Below are positions 26,571-35,299 of a stretch of DNA of 64,000 nucleotides, piece by piece. Numbering within the stretch: position 1 is the stretch's first letter; each line of letters begins with the position of its first letter. Position numbers and translations under genes: made by a program. Origin of the DNA: a virus. Its lineage: Duplodnaviria > Caudoviricetes. The stretch lies in IMG/VR virus record IMGVR_UViG_3300027917_000048, positions 813-64,812 of that record. One strand, written 5' to 3'. The notes under the pieces are model-generated. The model was given only the letters and a program-made list of their open reading frames with translations, was not told the DNA's origin and searched no databases.

Positions 26571-28307
26571 TTATGATACGATTGTATCCGTAGTTCTGAT
26601 TGCCGTAATAGTGATACCACCTGATACCAGTTGAGCCGTAGTTTCAAATGGAATGATACCATACTGTCTTACTCTTGCAACCAAATATCTATTAGATGCG
26701 TAAGTCAATTGTTGTTGTATTTGTGTAGCACCAGAAATTGTCTCTTCATCTATATAAGGTACATAACAAGTATCTGTTGGTCCTACGTATTCTTTTGATG
26801 TAGTAGCATCTAAGAAAACTCTATTTGCTCCCCAAGATGAATAAGTGTATCTCTCTTCACTTATTCCTGTATCCACCACTCTAATTACACCAGATGCTGG
26901 AGTATCCGCAGGAAAAGCTGTGGTAATATAGATTTTATCTGCACCAGATGAAATAGTTCCAGAAACTACAAATTGAGATTTATCAATAGTTCGTGAACCC
27001 TGTCCAGTAGACTTAGCTACCAGAACTCTGTCTCCAACTCCAGCTTCCCATTCAAGTCCCCCAACAGTAATCGGTGCTTGTGTGGGTGGGTTTCTTGTAG
27101 TACCAGCACTATCAATAAGCTGATAGTTCTCTGAGTCATCTGCATCCATATTTTCGATCCAGATACCTCTAGCACCAAAGAAAGTACCACCAGCAAATGA
27201 ACCAAAGGGAGCTGCTTTAATTGGAGCATATGTACCTTCTTGTCCTACAACAGTGACGTATTGTTCACCATCCATACCATCAATTTCTGTAGTTTCTCCA
27301 TCCCTAGCTACGTATTTAAGTCTTTCGTATACTTCATCCAGAGGTCTTCCACCACAATTGATGCTATAATCATAGTTTTGAACACCCGCTCCGTCACCAA
27401 TATCCTTTGAATACGGACCTGCTGTACCAATTACAACGTCTGTCCAAGTTGTAACAGTTCCTTCAGCTGTTTGATTGTTTAGATCATTAGCTGTGGCTAA
27501 AGGCACAGCCTGTCTACCACCAGGACCTAAGTCAATCTCAAACCAGTCCCACAAGTGAGTCCAAGCTCTATCATAAACTTGAACATAACCTGTGTCACCA
27601 CCAGCTAGGGGTGTACCCAATTCTGTACCTGCTTCTTTGATAAGCACAAGAATATCAATATGTCCTGTATCCCACCAAGCAGATGTACCAGTACCCCATT
27701 GTGACATTCTAACATCATCTCTAACAATATATAAAGTAGGAGTACCATAAAGAGTACCCAATGTATATAGGTTAGTCCATAAATTCTCTCCGGTAGCTGA
27801 ATTACCATTAGCATCACCATCTGCTGAGCTACTTGAAATAGTCATTACAGATGGATCAGTAATAGAGCTTGTGGTTCTAATCCACCATTTAGCTTCTGAG
27901 GCATTAATTTCTTCCCAATATAATAGCTCCCCTATAGGTGTGGCATCATCGTTTACTGTTTTACCAATATCAGATGCTTGTGCCATAGTGGAAATTCCAT
28001 CCAAATATAGAACAGCAATCTCGCCATCCCATCCATTTGTTTGAATTGCACCACCCTTTAGAGTTTGTATCGTTTTCTCATCAATAAACCAACCATTAAT
28101 AAGTGTATAGTCAGTAGGAGTCTGTGCCGACATTGGTACAGGATTGTCCATCTGGTCTAGCTCATCAAAGGTATCTTGTAAAAACGAATACAGAGCGTTT
28201 ACAGAGAGCATATCAGCTTTCGGATGGGGAGGTGTCTCTGCCCCATCATATCTAATAATTTTATTTACATAGTCTATTGTAAAATCGCCAGTACTAATAG
28301 CTGCCAT
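26571..28307 (-). CDS. Virion structural protein (neck/collar fibre candidate)
   Basis: 578 aa, G/T/D-rich; between head-tail connector genes; C-terminal domain shared with 28325..30013. Confidence 0.55.
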   Translation of the reverse strand: MAAISTGDFTIDYVNKIIRYDGAETPPHPKADMLSVNALYSFLQDTFDELDQMDNPVPMSAQTPTDYTLINGWFIDEKTIQTLKGGAIQTNGWDGEIAVLYLDGISTMAQASDIGKTVNDDATPIGELLYWEEINASEAKWWIRTTSSITDPSVMTISSSSADGDANGNSATGENLWTNLYTLGTLYGTPTLYIVRDDVRMSQWGTGTSAWWDTGHIDILVLIKEAGTELGTPLAGGDTGYVQVYDRAWTHLWDWFEIDLGPGGRQAVPLATANDLNNQTAEGTVTTWTDVVIGTAGPYSKDIGDGAGVQNYDYSINCGGRPLDEVYERLKYVARDGETTEIDGMDGEQYVTVVGQEGTYAPIKAAPFGSFAGGTFFGARGIWIENMDADDSENYQLIDSAGTTRNPPTQAPITVGGLEWEAGVGDRVLVAKSTGQGSRTIDKSQFVVSGTISSGADKIYITTAFPADTPASGVIRVVDTGISEERYTYSSWGANRVFLDATTSKEYVGPTDTCYVPYIDEETISGATQIQQQLTYASNRYLVARVRQYGIIPFETTAQLVSGGITITAIRTTDTIVS

Positions 28308-28324
28308 TTAATTTTTTCTCCATA

Positions 28325-30013
28325 TTAAGCTGCTATAATGTCTTGCGTCATAACAGCTGTTAAAGTAAATCCACCAGAATCTATTTCTCCAACAGCATCT
28401 ATAGGATAATACCTAGTAGAACCAGTTGAGGATTTTCTAATTCTAATGTTAATGGGCATAGTTCCCAAATAATTATATGATTCCTGTGCCTGTCCTGCCG
28501 GAGTAGTATGCTCATTCATTAATTGAGTAACTTCTCCACTAGCTGTATAAATAGCTACAGCTACACCACTAATAGCATTACCAAAAACATCTTCTACATT
28601 TACTGTTAAATAAACTGCATTATCAATTGTATAGCCACTACCAACTAGAACGTGTACCGTACCCGGATCAGATGAATTTTCAATAGATTCGATTGTAAGC
28701 CAATCAGAAGAGCTAGCACCACTAAAAGCAATATCATAATCATTACCAGCAAATTTTAAATTATCATATTGATAAGTTCCAGAAAGGGTATGTAAGATAC
28801 CGTGTGGATTATAAGTTGCGTGAGTATTTGCAATAAAGAAACTGTTTTTAATATCTACGCCACTAGGAGTCCAAAAGAAAGAAAATCCAGTATAATCATT
28901 GTCTGTAGTATTTGAAAAAGTTGTGTTTCTGATTACAACTGGTCCGCCCGGATCAAACATTCCGCATTGATCTACAACACAACCATAAAGTTTATGATCC
29001 GAATCACCTAAAGCAGTTACTCCTCCAGCCATATATCTGAAAGTAGTTCCATAAAAATTGATTGCGTTAGCTGCGTTATTAGTATCGCCTAAACGTACTG
29101 TAGTATTATGTAATGCACTTCCTAGAAAAAGACTGGCATTTCGTCCTCTTGATGTATCTCCAGTACCTACCTGTACGCCATCAGTAAATGATGTAGCATT
29201 GGTGGAATTACTTACTATATCAAGTCTAAAGAAATCATCACCAATAGCATCTACCCAACCACCACTATAATAATATTCTTGACTTACCCAACGAACAATT
29301 CTTTCAGTATCTGTAAAAGTAGTTCCGTTAGTGCTTTGATTGTCTCCAACCTCTAAGCGACCATAGGCATAATAAATGCCATCCCTTTCTTGTAAAATAC
29401 CATAGACATTTGTTGAGGTATTCATATCAGCATCTACTACATCTTGCCAACCATCAGTGGATGTGCCATAAATTTTTAATCCCCACCCAACATCTATTCT
29501 ATCAATAAATAAGTTATCTGCACGGGAAGAGCCTGTTGTTTCTACGCCTACTCCAAACCTACTAATAGAACTTATATCTGCACCACCACCAATAGTAAAT
29601 GTTGGAGTCTTTCTTGGGTCTAGTACAAACCTTTTCCAACCACCATTGTACCTATCTAAAGCATCCCCACCACCTACAACATAACAATTGAAAGTTGTAT
29701 CGCTGTCACCAACTAGTAAGTATAAACCATTATTAGCAACTAAATCTAAAATACCGGGAGTAGTGACATTTGCCCAAATAAAAACATGCTGTCCCTCATG
29801 TGTGCCACTGGCAGAAAAATCAAAAGAACCTGTACCAGAATAATCATACCAACCATAGCCATCTTTATTGTTGGCTTGGTATCCTACAGAGCCATTATAT
29901 TGAATTTTGATTTCTGACCATGATTCGGGTGCAGAAATTGTATCACTGTCCCAATTAGTTGTATTTTCTGCTTCTGTTACATTAGTACCATTGAAAATTA
30001 CCGTAGCTGCCAA
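28325..30013 (-). CDS. Virion structural protein with beta-helix-like region
   Basis: 562 aa; beta-helix-like stretches (IRNTTFSN, IKNSFFIAN) and a C-terminal Ig-like LTVNVED..GNAISGV.V. Confidence 0.55.
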   Translation of the reverse strand: MAATVIFNGTNVTEAENTTNWDSDTISAPESWSEIKIQYNGSVGYQANNKDGYGWYDYSGTGSFDFSASGTHEGQHVFIWANVTTPGILDLVANNGLYLLVGDSDTTFNCYVVGGGDALDRYNGGWKRFVLDPRKTPTFTIGGGADISSISRFGVGVETTGSSRADNLFIDRIDVGWGLKIYGTSTDGWQDVVDADMNTSTNVYGILQERDGIYYAYGRLEVGDNQSTNGTTFTDTERIVRWVSQEYYYSGGWVDAIGDDFFRLDIVSNSTNATSFTDGVQVGTGDTSRGRNASLFLGSALHNTTVRLGDTNNAANAINFYGTTFRYMAGGVTALGDSDHKLYGCVVDQCGMFDPGGPVVIRNTTFSNTTDNDYTGFSFFWTPSGVDIKNSFFIANTHATYNPHGILHTLSGTYQYDNLKFAGNDYDIAFSGASSSDWLTIESIENSSDPGTVHVLVGSGYTIDNAVYLTVNVEDVFGNAISGVAVAIYTASGEVTQLMNEHTTPAGQAQESYNYLGTMPINIRIRKSSTGSTRYYPIDAVGEIDSGGFTLTAVMTQDIIAA

Positions 30014-30014
30014 T

Positions 30015-30218
30015 TTACGCCTCTAATTCAAAATCTGGATTGTTATCCATAAATTCAGATAAAAGCCACCACTCTGTCCAAGTGGACTGTTTTCCAATAA
30101 CTTCTACTTCAACATATTCCTCCATTACAGTACCTCCTGTAATATCTGGAGACTCGTGTTGAATTATTTTTATAGAATCTATTTTCTTTTTCTTACCATT
30201 CAATCCCATTACTTTCAT
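30015..30218 (-). CDS. Hypothetical protein
   Basis: ATGA overlap with the GT gene gives the start MKVMGL. Confidence 0.6.
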   Translation of the reverse strand: MKVMGLNGKKKKIDSIKIIQHESPDITGGTVMEEYVEVEVIGKQSTWTEWWLLSEFMDNNPDFELEA

Positions 30219-31399
30219 ATGTTCATTACTCTCTTGAATATTTCTGCCCATTGATCTGCTATATTCATCCAATTATATTCAGGTCTGGAAAACTTTTCTA
30301 TTCCTTTCACAGATAATTCTTCATATAATTCTTTATCTTCATATATTTTTTGTAATTGAGTAGCTACATCTTCTGGTCTAACCACAGTACCTACAGTCTC
30401 AATTCTCTCGAAAGTTTGGTGCATTGTAGTTGGAATTAATAAACCAATATCTGAATAAATTTCTCTACTAGCACTATTATCTGAAACTATTTGTGGTGCT
30501 CCAGTAATAGCGTGCTCCATACTAGGTAATCCCCAACCTTCCCCCATACTGGTATTTAAACCAACATCCGTACTATTATAAACTAAATTTAAACGATTCT
30601 CTGGTATCTTTTGTACTCCTTCTTCCATGCTGGTTAACAAAAGTCTGTGAGACATTCCGTATCTCTCTGCAAGTTTAGGAATATTCCAGCCAACGTCCCT
30701 TATTCCTGCATGGTGGTAGTATCTGATATTTGTTGGTTTATCTTCAGCAAATAGGGAAAATCCTTCTAAAGCTAGGTCTAATCTTTTTCTTGGTTGATTT
30801 CTATTTGCATTTAATACTATGAAAGAATCTTCGCTCCAAAGTTCTTCTACGTTTGGATAAGAGATTTTTCTAAGTTCTGTTTTTGGCATCATTAACTTGT
30901 AAAAAGTTTCTGTATCTATTCCGTGTGGAATTATTTCAAAATCTATATCTTTTGGTGCGGCTTCCTTGGCAACCTCATATCCAAACTTAGTATAAACAAC
31001 AGCTTGAGATACTATATCAAAATTTTCAAACCAACGTTTATCAAACTCTTCCCCATCTACTGGAAAATAAATAACTACTGGAGGTACGGGATCAAACTGT
31101 CTTTTGATTTCATTTAAGTATTCATTAATCATCCAAAGATCATTTAATATGAAAATCATATCTATCTTAGCTGTTTTAAATTCCCGTATTCTATCCATCC
31201 CATAAACGTTTCCTCTTATTGGTGCAGGAAACATCATCCAATTATAAGGATGAGGATCGCCCCAATAGTTTACCGCTAAGTGCATTACCTGAAAAATTTC
31301 AGAATCTAGGTTTTTAATGATCGAGTGTGCTACTCTAGAAAATCCTGTAGGTGTTACTCCATCGGAAATCCAGAGGATTCGTTTTCTTTCTTGTTCCAT
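30215..31399 (-). CDS. Glycosyltransferase family 4 (GT-B)
   Basis: TGFSRV, IPHGID, NRNQPRKR and EGWGLPSMEH (ExFGLxxxE-type) motifs. Confidence 0.9.
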   Translation of the reverse strand: MEQERKRILWISDGVTPTGFSRVAHSIIKNLDSEIFQVMHLAVNYWGDPHPYNWMMFPAPIRGNVYGMDRIREFKTAKIDMIFILNDLWMINEYLNEIKRQFDPVPPVVIYFPVDGEEFDKRWFENFDIVSQAVVYTKFGYEVAKEAAPKDIDFEIIPHGIDTETFYKLMMPKTELRKISYPNVEELWSEDSFIVLNANRNQPRKRLDLALEGFSLFAEDKPTNIRYYHHAGIRDVGWNIPKLAERYGMSHRLLLTSMEEGVQKIPENRLNLVYNSTDVGLNTSMGEGWGLPSMEHAITGAPQIVSDNSASREIYSDIGLLIPTTMHQTFERIETVGTVVRPEDVATQLQKIYEDKELYEELSVKGIEKFSRPEYNWMNIADQWAEIFKRVMNI

Positions 31400-31521
31400 T
31401 TTTCTCCATTCCTTTCTTTACAAATTTTATTTAAAATCCAAGCCAACAGTACTGTCAATACTGCTGGAGTTAGTATCCTTAGTATACAGAGTATACAAAT
31501 TCCAAACCATTCTAAGTGCAT
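31354..31521 (-). CDS. Small single-TM protein (55 aa), not in ORF track
   Basis: MHLEWFGICILCILRILTPAVLTVLLAWILNKICKE...; TAATG coupling with the upstream gene. Confidence 0.55.
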   Translation of the reverse strand: MHLEWFGICILCILRILTPAVLTVLLAWILNKICKERNGEKWNKKENESSGFPME

Positions 31522-32027
31522 TAAAATTTTCCCATATTCTCAAAAGTATTCTGCTTATATCCGGGTAAACTACCTTTTATAGCTTGGGCTAGTTTACTAG
31601 TTGGTGCAGAAAGAATCATACTCAATTCTTCCCAATCTTTCTGTAAAGATATTTGTTTAGAACGTGATCCTTCTAAGTTTGAAAAAGATATTTCAGCGTC
31701 TTTCCAAGAACTGGCGTTCCAAGAATTATTTTCTAAACTGCCCTCCTTTATAATAATAGATGCCATCAACAATATAGGTCTTTCATCTTGCATCTCTATT
31801 ACCGGAGGTTCTGATAAAACAAAAGTATGATTTGAATTTCTTGATACCAAATGTGTAGACATATCTATTAAATACTTTAAATTCCACCATCTTCCTAAAG
31901 ATTTAATAGCCATTTCGAGAGAAACTTCTAACCACTCACTAGCATACCTATAACTAGATGGGTCAATATCTCCTAAGTGTAATCTTAACTCTGGTAAAAG
32001 ATAATCAATCGTAGTAGTTTGTGCCAT
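31521..32027 (-). CDS. Head-tail adaptor (SPP1 gp15-like)
   Basis: ELRLHLGD N-terminal motif; second gene after MCP. Confidence 0.6.
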   Translation of the reverse strand: MAQTTTIDYLLPELRLHLGDIDPSSYRYASEWLEVSLEMAIKSLGRWWNLKYLIDMSTHLVSRNSNHTFVLSEPPVIEMQDERPILLMASIIIKEGSLENNSWNASSWKDAEISFSNLEGSRSKQISLQKDWEELSMILSAPTSKLAQAIKGSLPGYKQNTFENMGKF

Positions 32028-32543
32028 TTAGTTCACCATTTGTGGGGGTTCTGGTAATCCTTGTACTTCAGATAATCTTCCTTTTATTAGATTAACTATT
32101 TTCTCTGATTTTTCTTCTTTTTCTGCTAGAACTAACAGTCTATATAAAGGAGCTTCTGATGTCATTTTATTTACCCCAGCTTGTAGAGTAAAAAACTTAG
32201 AGGAAATTAATTTCTCAAGTTCTTTATCTGACATATTGTTTGCTTTTTCCTCTTCAGAAACTTCTTTATCTTCTGGTTTAGTGTACTCAATTAAGTACCC
32301 TCTTTCAAAGTGCTGTTTGTTAGCTGAACGTATATATTTATCTTCTTTTGCGTTCCAAACCTCTACAACAGCATTATCAGAGAAATTATCTTCCCCGCTT
32401 AAAACAATCCCTAATGACTCAAGGTTATTAAAGGGATTTAGAATTTTTACGTACACCTGACCGAGTACAGTTTTTCTATATGATTTGTATGGTTTCTCTG
32501 TCTGAGTAGAAGAGAAATCAGCCGCTTCCAAGTTAGTGTCCAT
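32028..32543 (-). CDS. Hypothetical protein downstream of MCP
   Basis: 171-aa ORF with AAGGAG RBS. Confidence 0.6.
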   Translation of the reverse strand: MDTNLEAADFSSTQTEKPYKSYRKTVLGQVYVKILNPFNNLESLGIVLSGEDNFSDNAVVEVWNAKEDKYIRSANKQHFERGYLIEYTKPEDKEVSEEEKANNMSDKELEKLISSKFFTLQAGVNKMTSEAPLYRLLVLAEKEEKSEKIVNLIKGRLSEVQGLPEPPQMVN

Positions 32544-32658
32544 TTATCAATCTCCTTTCCATCTTAAATTTTATGAAGGGAAGTTCCGTAATCAGTACGG
32601 ACACCTTTTTGCCTACCTTCCCATCTCGGCATCTCTTTGTGCAAGAGAGTAAAGTCAA

Positions 32659-33582
32659 TTAGCTAATCCCACCGATGACATAGATTCCGTCAGCTTTCCA
32701 GATCATAAGACCGAATCTCTGATAGAATTCTAAGTTCCATTGTGGAGGGGTAGGTCGCATATCTGTCCATTCTTTATAGTTTACATCACCATAAGTAATG
32801 AATTCTCCGACCTTCTCTCCAATAACGAGAACCTTGTCTTCAGGGATAAAGGCGTTATAGTCTTCAAAGTTGTCATAAATCTGATCGATGGCAACAATGG
32901 GAGCACCATACCAACTTCCAAGCCAACCAGTTCGCATGATTTCCTGTAGCTGAGGATCAAGTCCTCTCCACATAGCATCTGACCCGACGGTATTACCGTC
33001 ATTCCAGAATCCACCAAACTGAGTAATTGGAGTTAGTGCCGCACGAGAACCAACAACAGCTTTAGTTCCAGAAGTAGTGCGATTGACATAATCAATAGCG
33101 TTCTTCAAAAGAGTAGCTGTAAGCGATCCTCCAGCATCTATGAAGTTATTGGGGGTATTGGAAGCTGTCCAGATTGAAGTAAGAGCTGTAAATACTTTCT
33201 GTTGGAAAGTATCTTTCAGTTTAGCGAGCATTTCACCACGAATCTCTTCAACTGTTCCAATATCTCCGGCGTTCATCTCCCATTCATTAAACGTAACACC
33301 TACGTCTAATCCGTCAAGTAAGTAATTGGCTCTCTCGTACACAGTGATTTCACTTTTCAGATGAATTGATCCGGGTACTAACGTATAAACTTTAATACCT
33401 TTTCTCAATTTCTTAACAAGGGAATCACCCTCCTTGAGTGAACGAGAATCCAGTAACATACTAACAAAATCGACGGTAATGTGTCCGGGTTCTAGCCATT
33501 CAACAAACATTTGAGCCAAAGCTTCTCTGTTTTCCTTATCCTTTACAGCACTTGCTAAGGCTACCTTTAATTTTTCATCCAT
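32659..33582 (-). CDS. Major capsid protein (HK97 fold)
   Basis: 307 aa after protease and decoration genes; GWLGSWYGAPIV, D.VLVIG and Y.RFG C-terminal MCP pattern. Confidence 0.8.
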   Translation of the reverse strand: MDEKLKVALASAVKDKENREALAQMFVEWLEPGHITVDFVSMLLDSRSLKEGDSLVKKLRKGIKVYTLVPGSIHLKSEITVYERANYLLDGLDVGVTFNEWEMNAGDIGTVEEIRGEMLAKLKDTFQQKVFTALTSIWTASNTPNNFIDAGGSLTATLLKNAIDYVNRTTSGTKAVVGSRAALTPITQFGGFWNDGNTVGSDAMWRGLDPQLQEIMRTGWLGSWYGAPIVAIDQIYDNFEDYNAFIPEDKVLVIGEKVGEFITYGDVNYKEWTDMRPTPPQWNLEFYQRFGLMIWKADGIYVIGGIS

Positions 33583-33606
33583 TTTTAGCGTATTCCTCCT
33601 AAAATT

Positions 33607-34170
33607 TTAGTAATTAATTCGGAAGGTTAAGTTTAGATCACTATCTACTTCCATAACCTGTGCGAAAGTAGCAGAAGCAGAGTACTTCAGCTTACCAGCA
33701 TCGGCTTCACTATCTGAACTGGTATCAGCAACAGCCAGAAATGCTCCCGGTACAACGTCAGCACTATAAACATATTCACCAGACCAAACAGTAAACACAC
33801 CCGGACCAAAGGCTAATGCCAAATAACCGGATGGAATAGTTAGTCCTTTCTTATTGCTTAGTGGCGTAAGATGTACGTCAGCATTAAATGGTACATTTGC
33901 CGCACCATCAAATCCATACCTCAATGAGGTATTGGCAACTGTGGGCATAGGAATAAAGATTGGAGGTTCAGTATTGTCCACAGCAAAGGTCAAACAAAAG
34001 CGAGCTGCCGCAGCTTCTGTAGAATCATCGGGTAACTTCACACCCGGCAAGTCCTCTCTACTACCGTAGTCGTGACTTTGTGAATGAGAAGTCAAGAGAA
34101 CCATTCTACCTTCTGGAATGGCTTCTGTAGTTAATACACCCGTAATATCGGTATATTTATTGATTTCCAT
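33607..34170 (-). CDS. Capsid decoration/cement protein
   Basis: 187 aa between scaffold and MCP genes; beta-rich. Confidence 0.55.
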   Translation of the reverse strand: MEINKYTDITGVLTTEAIPEGRMVLLTSHSQSHDYGSREDLPGVKLPDDSTEAAAARFCLTFAVDNTEPPIFIPMPTVANTSLRYGFDGAANVPFNADVHLTPLSNKKGLTIPSGYLALAFGPGVFTVWSGEYVYSADVVPGAFLAVADTSSDSEADAGKLKYSASATFAQVMEVDSDLNLTFRINY

Positions 34171-34186
34171 TATTTATATCTCCTCT

Positions 34187-35191
34187 CTATTGAGAAACCG
34201 TTTGTTCTTTGAGTGCCTTTCCAAGCTCTCTCCCTACAAGACGTTTCTCCTGTTTATTTCTAGCATTAGGAATTTGTAGTCCAGCTTCATCGTCTTCCTC
34301 TTCTTCTTCATCTTCTTCCTTAGCAGAAAAAGCGACAATTTCTTGCAACATGAATTCTAGGTCTTCCTGAGCCATAGCGAGTAGACGTTCTTTATTTTCA
34401 TAGAAATATTCTTCGTCTTTCTCTACTCCAGCCTCAGTAAACTGTGCCTTGATAGCTTCCAAAGCCTTCTCTTCTTCGATTTCTCGATCAATTTCTGCTT
34501 TGAATTCTCTCAATTCCTCAAGTTCTGAAGCCTGTCCTTCAAGTCCTTTCAATTGTTCTTTAAGAGTTTCAATTTCTTCCTGAGCTTTAGACAATAATTC
34601 TTTGGTGTCTTCCAATTCCTTTTGTGTTTTCTCTAACTCGTCCAAGTCAGTATCCTCCTTTTTTTCGCTAGCTACTTGTATCACTGGAGTTCTACCCTTA
34701 TAAGCTGGTAAATCAACAAGTGTTGCAGCTCTTAGAGTAACTCCATGAAGATTCTCAGTACCGTCATCCTCATAAGAAGATGCCGTATATCCTAATTCCC
34801 AACTAATGTTTAAAGGACGCTTATTAATATAAGCTTCTTTAATTATTTTTACATCATCGGGTCTTTCTTCCGACCATAGAGCAGCTAGTCCTCTTATTTG
34901 ATTGTCATTTTCTTGCAGATGAGTGATGACTCCTAGAGGTTCAGAGAGTTCGTGTCCCTGCTTAATTCCTCCACGAGCCATTTTTAACGGAGTGAAGAAC
35001 CCCGTTCTGATAACATTTTCAAATTCTTCTTTAGGAATTCTTTGCCTGTTAGCATTTGGTTCATCATCTGTTAGTATAAATTTTAAGTAATTGAATGAGT
35101 GGTTTGCAGCTATAGCAGCTTCAGCTAGCTGCTCATCGTCTTCATCTACAAAATCCACAGTATATTTTTTGATAATAGTTTTTTCATCCAT
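34187..35191 (-). CDS. Prohead protease fused to scaffold coiled coil
   Basis: PNANRQ, GH..PLG, ISWE and LVDLPAY protease motifs; acidic coiled-coil C-terminal half. Confidence 0.75.
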   Translation of the reverse strand: MDEKTIIKKYTVDFVDEDDEQLAEAAIAANHSFNYLKFILTDDEPNANRQRIPKEEFENVIRTGFFTPLKMARGGIKQGHELSEPLGVITHLQENDNQIRGLAALWSEERPDDVKIIKEAYINKRPLNISWELGYTASSYEDDGTENLHGVTLRAATLVDLPAYKGRTPVIQVASEKKEDTDLDELEKTQKELEDTKELLSKAQEEIETLKEQLKGLEGQASELEELREFKAEIDREIEEEKALEAIKAQFTEAGVEKDEEYFYENKERLLAMAQEDLEFMLQEIVAFSAKEEDEEEEEDDEAGLQIPNARNKQEKRLVGRELGKALKEQTVSQ

Positions 35192-35236
35192 TAGTAACTC
35201 CTAAATAGGTAAAATTTTACCTATTCTCTCATTAAT

Positions 35237-35272
35237 ATTATACCACATTTTGATTAAAAGTGGCTAAAATTG
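35237..35272 (-). promoter_or_regulatory. Putative late promoter CAATTTTA-N13-AAAATGTGGTATAAT
   Basis: Extended -10 upstream of the protease-MCP operon; same layout at 45911-45946. Confidence 0.65.
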
Positions 35273-35299
35273 ATTTATTTTCTGAAATTTTTGCAAAAT

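Noticed and set aside
21635-30013. Contractile tail sheath (578- or 562-aa genes)
   Set aside because: No sheath motifs or baseplate wedge genes; the gene order fits a non-contractile tail.
30215-31399. GT4 as a DNA glucosyltransferase (hypermodified bases)
   Set aside because: No hydroxymethylase or other base-modification genes seen, the gene sits among virion genes, and site avoidance plus methylases suggest ordinary DNA. Disfavoured, not excluded.
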